Shown: piece by piece, positions 39,981-50,200 of the stretch
How positions within the stretch are numbered: the first letter of the stretch is position 1
How the letters are laid out: the number at the start of each line of letters is the position of its first letter
Assembly (NCBI GenBank): GCA_951406725.2
Contig: OX597824.1
Span: 26,102,001-26,166,000, forward strand
Reading direction: 5' to 3'
Origin: Octopus vulgaris
Lineage: Eukaryota
DNA length: 64,000 nucleotides
Position numbers and translations under genes: made by a program
The notes under the pieces: generated by a model
Seen by the model: the letters and a program-made list of their open reading frames with translations, nothing else
Databases searched by the model: none
What the model was told of the DNA's origin: nothing

Positions 39981-41720
39981 GTTAGATTTAGGGTTAGTGT
40001 GAGTTTTCAGGTTAGGATCAGGGTTCAGGGTTAGTTTTAGGGTTCGGGTTTGGGTTAGGGATAGGTTAGGGTTAAGGTTAGGGTTAAGGAAGGGATTAGG
40101 GTTAGGGCTAAAATTAGGATTAGGTGTTAGGCGTAGGGTTAGCGTTAGGGGTTAGGGATAGGGATAGGGTTTGGGTTAAGGTTACGGGTAGGGTTAGAGT
40201 GTAGGGGTTAAGGTTAGGGTTAGAGATAGGTTCAGGGTTAGGGTTAGGTTTAGGGTTTGGTTTAGGGGTTAGTGTTAGGGTTAGTGTTCGGGTGAGGGTT
40301 AGGGTTAGGGTTTGGGTTAAGGCAAAGGTTAGGGTTAGGGGTAGTGGTTAGGGATAGGGTCAGGGTTAGGGTTAAGTTTAGGGTTAAGGTTAGGCGTAGG
40401 GTTGGGGTTAGGGTCAGAGGCAGGGTTAGAGTTAGGGAGAGGGTGAGGGTTAGGGTTAGGAATAGGGGTTTGGTTTAGGGTTAGATTTAGATTTAGGGCT
40501 AGGGTTAGGGTTAGCTTTAGAGTGCTAGGGTTAGTGTTAGGGTTAGGGTTAGGGTTAGGGTTAAGGTTAGGGGTTAGTGTTAGGGTTAGAGTTAGGGTTA
40601 GGGCTAGGGTTAGGATCAGTGTCAGGTCAGGGTAAGGGATATGGTTAGGGTTAGGTACAGGGTTAGGGTTAGGGCTAGGGGTTAGCGTTAGGGTTAGGGG
40701 GTTAGGGGTTAGGGGTTAGGGGTTCGGGTTAGGGTTAGTGTAAGAGTTTGGGTTAAGGTTAGGGGTAAGGTTAGGGTTAGGGTTAGGGTTAGTGTTAGGG
40801 TTAGGGTTAGCGTAAAGGTTAGGGGTTAGGGTTAGTGGTTAGAGTTGGGGTTAGGTTAGGGTTAGGGTTAGGGTTAGGGTTAGGGTTAGGGTTAAGGTTA
40901 GGCTTATTGTTAGGGTTAGTGTTAGGGTTAGGGTTAGGTTTAGGGTTAGGGTTTGGCGTTAGGGTTAGGGTTAGAGGGAGGGTTAGGGTTAGGGTTAGTG
41001 TTAGGGTTAGGGGTTAGGGTAAGGGTTCGGGGTTAGAGTTAGAGTTAGGTTTAGTGTTAGAATTGGGGTTAGAGTTAGGGTTAGGGTAAGGGATAGGGTT
41101 AGGGTTAGGGTTGGGGGTTGGGTGTTAGGGTTAGGGTTAGGTTTATGATTATGGTCAGGGTTAGGGTTAGGGTTAGGTTCAGCTTTAGTGTTAGGGTTAG
41201 GGTTAGGGTTAGGTTTGGGGTAAGGGTTAGGGTTAGGTTTAGGGTTAGGGTATGGGGTTAGGGATAGGTTTAGGGTTAGGTGATAGGGTTAGGTGATAGG
41301 GTTAGGTGATAGGGTTAGGGGTTAGGGTTAGGTTTAGGGGTTAGGGTTAGGTTTAGGGGTTAGGGTTAGGGTTAAGGATAGGGGTTAGGGTAAGGGTTAG
41401 TGTAAAAGTTAGGGTTACGGTTTAGGGTTTTAGGGTTAGGATTAGTGTTAGGGTTAGTGTTTCGGTTAGGGTTTGGCGTTAGGGTTAGGGTTAGTTTTAG
41501 GGTTTGGGTTAAGGTTAGGGTTAGTATTAGGGTTAGGGTTAGAATTAGGGGTTAGGGGTTAGGGTGAGGGTTAGGGTTAGTGGTTAGGTTTAGGTTTAGG
41601 GTTAGGGTTAGGTTTAGGGTTAAAGGTTAGGGTTAGGGTAAGGGGTTAGGTTTAGGGTTAGGGGTAGGGTAATGGTTGGGGTTAGGGTTAGGGTCAGGGG
41701 TTATGGTTAGTGTTAGGGGT
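39981..41720 (+). repeat. Interstitial degenerate telomeric (TTAGGG)n array, about 1.7 kb
   Basis: Hundreds of TTAGGG units with many variants (TTAGTG, TTAAGG, TTAGGGG, ATAGGG). Confidence 0.95.
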
Positions 41721-42592
41721 TGATCTCTTTCGGCACACTCTTTGATCTCTTTCGGCACCCTCTTTGATCTCTTTCGGCACTCTCTTTGATCTCTTTCGGC
41801 ACCCTCTTTGATCTCTTTCGACACCCTCTTTGTTCTCTTTCGGCACCATCTTTGTTCTCTTTCGTCACCCTCTTTGATCTCTTTCGGCACCCTCTTTGAT
41901 CTCTTTCGGCACCCTCTTTGATCTCTTTCGGCACCCTCTTTGATCTCTTTCGGCACCCTCTTTGTTCTCTTTCGTCACCCTCTTTGTTCTCTTTCGCCAC
42001 CCTCTTTGATCTCTTTCGGCACCCTCTTTGATCTCTTTCGGCACCCTCTTTGATCTTTTTCGGCACCCTATTTGATCTCTTTCGGCACCCTCTTTGTTCT
42101 CTTTCGGCACCCTCATTAATCTCTTTCGGCACCCTCTTTGTTCTCTTTCGGCACCCTCTTTGTTCTCTTTCGGCACCATCTTTGTTCTCTTTCGTCACCC
42201 TCTTTAATCTCTTTCGGCACCCTCTTTGATCTCTATCGGCACCCTCTTTGATCTCTTTCGGCACACTCTTTGATCTCTTTCGACACGCTCTTTGATCTCT
42301 TTCGGCACACTCTTTGTTCTCTTTCGTCACCCTCTTTGATCTCTTTCGGCACCCTCTTTGATCTCTTTCGGCATCTTCTTTTATCTCTTTCGGCACCCCC
42401 TTTGATCTCTTTTGCACCGCTCTTTGTTCTCTTTCGTCACCCTCTTTGATCTCTTTCGGCACCCTCTTTGATCTCTTTCGGAACTCCTCTTTGATCTATT
42501 TCGTCACCCTCTTTGATCTTTTTCGGCACCCTCTTTGATCTATTTCGGCCCCCTTTTTTATCTCTATCAGCACCCTCTTTGATCTCTTTCGG
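41720..42592 (+). repeat. 22-bp minisatellite TGATCTCTTTCGGCACCCTCTT, about 40 copies
   Basis: Directly visible. The 22-aa period in the minus ORFs equals three 22-nt units. Confidence 0.97.
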
Positions 42593-42926
42593 GACTCCTC
42601 ATTTGCATTATTTAGCTTGTTATTCTCTTTAAGTGAACATTTTTCTGGTTGAAATACACCTAAAAATGGCAACACAGCAGTCAAAAAATCGTCAAAAATA
42701 GGGATTTTCATAGAGAAAAAAAAGCACCTTTTTGATGTAAATAATTTTTGGTGTTAAGAAGGCCCGATTTGAATTTTTTTCTTCTACGGAAGGAAGAGCA
42801 AGCCTTCTTCTATCATACTCTCAATTTTGATCAACTTGCGCCGCAGGGTCTCGGAGGAGATAGTGTTAGTTGAAGGCTACCAAATCTGCCATACACAGAC
42901 AACTTCAGCTTTATATATATAGAGAT
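42593..42926 (+). mobile_element. 3' end of a non-autonomous Helitron (Lep1-like)
   Basis: CAATTTTGATCAA...GGAGGAGATAG...ACAGACAACTTCAGCTTTATATATATAGAGAT has the same architecture as 36960-37064. Confidence 0.75.
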
Positions 42927-43189
42927 ATGGGTGGTCAATCAAATTAATACACTTGTCAATGTTCACATACCTTCACATACTTCCCTTATGATATGGTCGT
43001 CGAAGGAAATTATTATGTGACGTATTTATGTTGAATCACTCAATATCACAAGTGAAGAAGCAATAATAAGAATTTTAACAAAGATAATCTTCACGGCACA
43101 ATACAAAGATGCACGTAATCCTCAACACTGGATTAGACAATATTCCCTGTCAAGTTACTCACACGAAAGAACAATGTGATGAGAATTTA

Positions 43190-43350
43190 GCTACAAATTT
43201 TCCTATTGAGTTCTTCTTGAAAGAACAAACTTTATCGGGGATGCTTCCCCATGAACTTAAACGGAAGAAAGGACTCGCATTAATTCTTCTTCGAATTTTA
43301 AAACAAAAGTCCAGACTTTTAAATGGCATACGTCTGGTCATCACCAAAGA
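43190..43350 (+). mobile_element. Helitron Pif1-family helicase fragment, degenerate
   Basis: FPIEFFLKEQTLSGMLPHELKRKKGLALILLRIL...LLNGIRLVITK matches the Pif1 motif EFLxxLxxSGLPPHxLxLKxGxPxxLLRNL...LCNGTRL. Confidence 0.8.
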
Positions 43351-43475
43351 AAGAAAGCTAACAGTAAATTGTTCATCTCGAAAATTGATTTCACTCCAAG
43401 CCGTACAACTTTACCTCTTTTTTAATAAAGTATGTTTGTTCCTGTCGCAACCTATGATCAGTGATATCTCGCTCC

Positions 43476-43477
<2 letters not shown>

Positions 43478-43506
<29 letters not shown>

Positions 43507-43910
43507 GTTTAGCGTCCGTTTTCTATGCTAGCATGGGTTGGACGGTTCAACTGGGGTCTGTGAACATTTTTCTGGTTGAAATACAGAAGAATTAATGCGA
43601 GTCAGGCCTAGTCAGATCTGGCAGTTTCCACACCTGAAACTTCTCCTACAGTTCTGATAGTGACTCAGCAATTAGAGCAAGGTCATCAGCATAGAGGAGC
43701 TCCCAAGGGCATCCTGCTCCCAAGGGCATCCTGCTCCCAAGGGCATCCTCCGTTATTGCCTGGAGGACTATGATAAATAGGAGGGGGCTGAGGACTGAGC
43801 CTTGGTGGACCCCTACCTCTACCCGGAATTCTTCACTGTACTCGTTGCCAACCCTCACCTTACTAGCAGCGTCCCTGTACATGGCCCGCACAGCTCTCAC
43901 TAACCATTCA
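43478..43910 (-). mobile_element. Internally deleted RTE LINE: RT core joined to the 3' tail
   Basis: GVHQGSVLSPLLFII...LLYADDLAL, a short CCCAAGGGCATCCT triplication, and an (ATG)n tail. Confidence 0.88.
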
Positions 43911-46425
43911 TATATATATTCTCTCTATATATAAATCTCTGAGTAGAACAAAGAATTAGATTAGTTTGAAATTTCAGACAGAGGGTTACGAAGGTCAAGG
44001 AGAATTTATAGAATCAAGCGTCTTTACAAAGAATACGAAAGAATTATTACATTAAATATTTGTATACTTAAATTTATATTCGCGTAATTTATTCCATAAT
44101 CAAATAAACGCCTGCCATTTTTGAAAGGTACTACACGAGTAAATTTAGTAAAAAGGAGGAAGCACTCCATCGGTTACGACGACGAGGGTTCCGGTTGATC
44201 CGAATCAACGGAACAGCCTGCTCGTGAAATTAACGTGTAAGTGGCTGAGCACTCCACAGACACGTGTACACTTAACGTAGTTCTCGGGGATATTCAGCGT
44301 GACACAGAGAGTGACAAGGCTGGCCCTTTGAAATACAGGTACAACAGAAACAGGAAGTAAGAGTGAGAGAAAGTTGTGGTGAAAGAGTACAGCAGGGATC
44401 ACCACCAACCCCTGCCCGAGCCTCGTGGAGTTTTAGGTGTCTTCGCTCAATAAAGACTACTCACAACGCCCGGTCTGGGAATCGAAACCGCGATCTTATG
44501 ACCGCGAGCCGCTGCCCTAACCACTGAGCCATTGCGCCTCTAAATGCATAAATTAGTAAATGCATAAAATGACAAAATATAGCAACAAATGTTTGCTCAA
44601 CTCTCGTAATTCTAATATATGATTGATTCTAGTTTCAGCTCACGAGCTGTGGCCATGCTGGGGCACCGCCATATATTTGTATACATAAAATTTACGTCCG
44701 ATATTGTGCGATACTATCTCTGTTTATCTCCATTATGCTTCACTCTCTTATTTTTTATCCTGTTGATTATTTATCTTTCTCACACTCGTCATCAGTCTCT
44801 CACAAAGTATTTTGTTCTCTTTCTAGCTTTCTGATCAAGGCTGGCAGAATCGTTAGCGCGCCGGGCGAAATGCTTAGCGGTATTTCGTCTGCCGTTACGT
44901 CCTGAGTTCAAATTCCGCCGAGGTCGACTTTGCCTTTCATCCTTTCGGGGTCGATAAATTATTAAGTACCATTTACGCACTGGTGTCGATGTAATCGACT
45001 TAATACCTATGTCTGTCCTCGTTTGTCCTCTCTGTGTTTAGCCCCTTGTGGGTAATAAAGAAATAGGTATTTCGTCTGCCGCTACGTTCTGAGTTCAAAT
45101 TCCGCTGACGTCGACTTTGCCTTTCATCCTTTCGGGGTCGATTAAATAAGTACCAGTTACGCACTGGGGTCGATTTGATCCGTTTGTCTGTCCTTGTTTG
45201 TCCTCTCTGTGTTTAGCCCCTTGTAGGTAGTAAAGAAATAGGTATTTCGTCTACCGTTACGTTCTGAGTTCAAATTTCGTCGACTTTGACTATCATCATT
45301 TCGGGGTCGATAAATTAAGTACCAATTGTGTACTACGGTCGATCTAATCGATTGGCTCCCTCCCACTAAAATTTCGGACCAGAGTAGAAAAGGTTCTATC
45401 TTTCTGATCTTACTTTTATTTCGTTATAGTTTGTATCCTTCTTTTTTTAAACCGGTCGATTTTTCCCTCCCTACTTTGCTACTCTTTTCCCCTGTGCAGT
45501 TCTAACTCTTTCACTCCATCTATTAATGGTTATTCATTGTTTCGCCCCTAGTTTATGTTATTTCATCCTGTCGTTCTGATTTACCCTTATCTGTCACCCT
45601 TTCCAACCTATCTTGTCTGTATGTGTATCAGTATTGTTCTTTACTTTATTATCTATTTTCCTCTTACAGTTTCTCCATCTCTTCCTAGTTGTCTTTCTAT
45701 TTCTATTTCATTACTTATTTCTTTATTGCTCACAAGAGCTAAACATAGAGGGGACAAACAAGGACAGACAAACGGATTAAGTCGATTACATCGACCCCAG
45801 TGCGTAACTGGTACTTAATTTACCGACCCCGAAAGGATGAAAGGCAAAGTCGACCTCGGCGGAATTTGAACTCACAACGTAACGGCAGACGAACATACCT
45901 ATTTCTTTATTACCCACAAGGGGCTAAACACAGAGGGGACAAACAAGGACAGACAAAGGTATTAAGTCGATTACATCGACCCCAGTGAGTAACTGGTACT
46001 TAATTTATCGACCCCGAAAGGATGAAAGGCAAAGTCGTCCTCGGCGGAATTTGAACTCAGAACGTAACGACAGACGTAATACCGCTAAGCATTTCGCCCG
46101 GCGTGCTAACATTTCACTTTGTGTTTCTTACTCTCTCTACTTCTTCTCTACCTACCTCTCTCATATTTATTAATTTATCCAACAACTTCTCTCACTCGCT
46201 CTCTCTGTTCTTGACTTTCTACCTCTTCTCTCCCCTTCTATATATATTTATCACTCATTCTTTTTCGTTCCCTCTCTCTGTCTAGTTCTCTCTCTTATTC
46301 CCCCTCCTTTATATATTTACTACTTTCACCTACTCTCTTACCTCTCCCCTTCTTTCACTATGTATTTGTCTTTCTCACAAGGTTAACCTCACCATGGCGG
46401 ACTAGCGATTTTACAACACTTAATA

Positions 46426-46481
46426 ATGTACCGACACTACCTCGCAACACCTTTACGAAGGGCTTTTAATGTAGCCTTTCG
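46426..46481 (+). CDS. NDUFAF3: NDUFAF3 coding exon 1 (mitochondrial presequence MYRHYLATPLRRAFNVAF)
   Basis: ATG at 46426. Arg-rich peptide with no acidic residues. Donor CG|GTAAGT in phase 2 joins the A at 51603 to give CGA (Arg). Confidence 0.8.
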
Positions 46482-46912
46482 GTAAGTTGCTTTCAACGAC
46501 ATATTCTGCTTCAAATCTAAACATCTTTAAACATATTTTTCTGTATATCTGTTTAAAATCGTCCTATCATGCCGAATGTCAATCACCTTGGAGTGGGGCT
46601 CTTTAAGTTTTTCCTTATTAAAATCGTATTTATCAACATCGCTGCTCGATAAATACACTTCCAAGTGATTATAAAATAGTTTTCATGACAACTACAGATA
46701 TATATATATATATATATATATTAGTTTCATTTGAAAACCCCACTAGAATGGGAGAAAGCGCTAATACATGATTTAAGTTATACGATGTATAAAAACATGT
46801 AATATACAAATAAATATCTGTAAATATAAACCATCCAATTTTCTAAGTACCTCATTTCTTCTAATATAAAATACCTGTACATCATCTCCAAACCTTCCAA
46901 TATATATACATG

Positions 46913-46947
<35 letters not shown>

Positions 46948-47199
46948 CAATAATAATATAGGGTGAAATTAATTAATTTGGAATAATCATTAATTTCACC
47001 AAGTTGATTTCGGCATGTAAAAGCCCCATTCAAGGAAGGTTTAAGTAATACTAAGTAATTAATGGTTTAGCAACGATTTGCCTCACCACACACCGAATTT
47101 AGAAATAGCAGTCAAAGAGTAATAGCCATAACTCTTTGACTGCTATTTCTAAATTCGGTGTGTGGTGAGGCAAATCGTTGCTAAACCCTTAATTACTTA

Positions 47200-47239
<40 letters not shown>

Positions 47240-50200
47240 CATTTGAAAAATTAGATTGTCGTTAATATTATGAATCGTTTAGTTATATTCTGAATGTTAA
47301 AAAAAAATTAAGCGTACCCCATATATCAGAATTATCTCTAGTGTAAATTTAATGATTGAAATATCCAAATTGGTCTTTTTATCTCTTTATAAATAAAAAA
47401 AGTAATTATAATGGTTTGTTGATGCTTCGTAAAATCTAAGTTGAATGAAAGGAAAGAAAACCACGTGTTGTAGTATATGTCATTTTTATTTCGAACTTCC
47501 CGTAATAATTTGCATATTTCCCGATATTTTCTTTGTCTTTCTAACTTTTGGTTTAATTATATTTTCATTGAAATTATCTTCTATTAATCTGCGGGGCGTT
47601 TTATCTTATTAAAAAGTAAGTTTTCCCCCAATGTGAGTGTCTGAAGACTGTGGGGGCAAGGTTTTAAATGACTGGGGGTCACGATTTGGGTTGTATTCTC
47701 GGTTGTACCTGGCCTATATTATTGATTATATAAGATATGAAGAGAGTTCTTTTGCATCCTAATTACTGAGGGTAAAAAAAAAAAAAACAAAAAAACATTG
47801 CTATTTTACTTTTAAGTTTCATGTGCCATTGGAAAACCATGAATATCCCTATAGCCGCCCTTCTTTCTTGTCACCTATACAATTCATCACTCAACATGAA
47901 TGGTGTGCGATGTAAACAAATATTTAAGATGGTCTGGCGTCAGAATACGAACGTTTACCATCTTGGAGTTAAGAGAACTGATAGTTTATTTTTATATGTA
48001 AGGTAATTTCTTGTATTTTGGAGAAAATATAGATTATATCTTCAATCTATAACTACAGAATTGAAGAATGGATCAGTGCACCAGTGTGCGACCGGTGAAC
48101 AATGAATAAATGACCCAAAGTTTATATTTCCTTCCAAGTGTTCAGTCAAAATTCATTTCTAATAAAACTCGTACATCACTCCTTCATCTAAGAGAAATTA
48201 ATATGTTCCAGGAATTGTTCCCAAACTTAGTAAACGTGTTCTAATTGCGCCCACTCGTTCTTTCTTCTTGTTTATTTTAACATTTCGTAATTTTTCAATT
48301 TTACTACTCTCTTTTACTTGTTTCAGTCATCCGACTGCGGCCATGCTGGAGCACCGCCTTTAATCGAGCAACTCGACCCCGGGACTTATTCTTTTGTAAG
48401 CCCAGTACTTATTCTATCGGTCTCTTTTGCCGAACCGCTAAGTAACGGGGACGTAAACACACCAGCATCGGTTGTCAAGCAATGCTAGGGGGACAAACAC
48501 AGACACACACACACTCATATATATATACACATATATACGACGGGCTTCTTTCAGTTTCCGTCTACCAAATCCACTCACAAGGCTTTGGTCGGCCCGAGGC
48601 TATAGTAGAAGACACTTGCCCAAGGCGTCACACAGTGGGACTGAACCCGGAACCATGTGGTTGGTAAACAAGCTACTTACCACACAGCCACTCCTGCGCC
48701 TACTAGTGTTTTTTTTTATTCAGCAGTTTAAGGGCCGAAACATTTGCGTAGGGAGGAAAAGGCTTCTTCTCTGAAGGGTTTCTGCTGTTCAGTTCTCTCT
48801 AATTTCTTATTTCTTTATTGCCCACAAGGGGCTAAACACAGAGGGGACAAACATCTCTCTAATTTCTTACTACCTGGTATGAACACATGGGTTATGTATG
48901 TTGCACCAAGTTAGCCTGTCACCTTTCCTCACTCTCATCCTTATAAGCTAGCAAAGTACTCCCATATATTCTGCTGTAGTCAACAGAGAGCCGCCGAGGT
49001 CGACTTTGCCTTTCATCCTTTCGAGGTCGATAAATAAAGTACCAGTTTCCAACTGGAGTCTATGTAATCGACTTAATCCCTTTGTCTGTCCTTGTTTGTC
49101 CCCTCTGTGTTTAGCCCCTTGTGGGCAGTAAAGAAATACATTTCTTTATACATCAGACAAAGCGTCATTTATTTGTTCTTTAAGGGCACATTGAGCACTC
49201 CCTCTACTTTTCAAGAGGCAGCGGTATGTCATTTTCCTTCTTGGATAAATTTTTCAGGCTAAGAAACATGCCTTTTGTGATGTTTCAGCTCCACAATTGC
49301 TATTTCTTGATTCTTCCCATGTCCAAAATCTCCCTGTGACTAGCACGCTGGCAAATCTGTGTCCTTTGCCATTAATAGCTATTTCTTTACTACACAGAGA
49401 GGACAAACAAGGACAGACAAACGGGTTAAGTTTATTATATTGACCCCAGTGCGTAACTGGTACTTAATTTATTGACCCCGAAAGGATGAAAGGCAAAGTC
49501 AACCTTGGCGGAATTTGAACTCAGAACGTAACGGCAGATGAAATACCTATTTCTTTACTACTCACAAGGGACTAAACATAGAGGGGACAAACAAAGGGAT
49601 TAAGTCGATTATATCGACCCCAGTGCGTAACTGGTACTTAATTTATCGACCCCGAAAGGATGAAAGGCAAAGTCAACCTCGGCGGAATTGACTTCGCCTT
49701 TCATCCTTTCGGACCATTGACAATATTTTTGATTGGCAAAATACATATGTGTCTTTTGTTGTGTCACTAGAATTGTTCATATTAGTATTATTGTCCAGGG
49801 ATATGTTTTTTTCTTTTTTTTCTTTCTAAAGTGTGTGTGTGCCTTTGAGCAAACTTTTTGTTTTTTCTTTTTTTCAGTTTACTTTCTGTGTAGTTGTCTT
49901 CATTTGAAAACTTTCCTTTGAAAGGGTTTTTTGTCTGCCTTGTAACCATGTTGAGTCTTATCTTGCAAGCAACTTGGTTACCTCACTGTTGCTGGTGCTA
50001 TATAAAAAACCACCTAGTGCACTCTGTAAAGTGGTTGGCATTAGAAAGGGCATCTTGCCATTGAAACCATTCCAAAACAGACATCAGAGCTTGGTGCAAT
50101 CTTCTGACTTGGCAGTTCCTCTCAAAAGTATTCTATGAGTGCCCGCATGGAAAGTGGACGTTAACCCTTTCATTACCAACCCAGCTGAAACTGGCTCTTG

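Noticed and set aside
39981-41720. True chromosome end or telomere fusion site
   Set aside because: The array is heavily degenerate, single-orientation and flanked by ordinary sequence on both sides.
41633-42711. K/E/R-rich repeat ORFs; also considered as a CRISPR array
   Set aside because: It is a head-to-tail 22-bp minisatellite with no unique spacers and a unit length that is not a multiple of 3. The context is eukaryotic.
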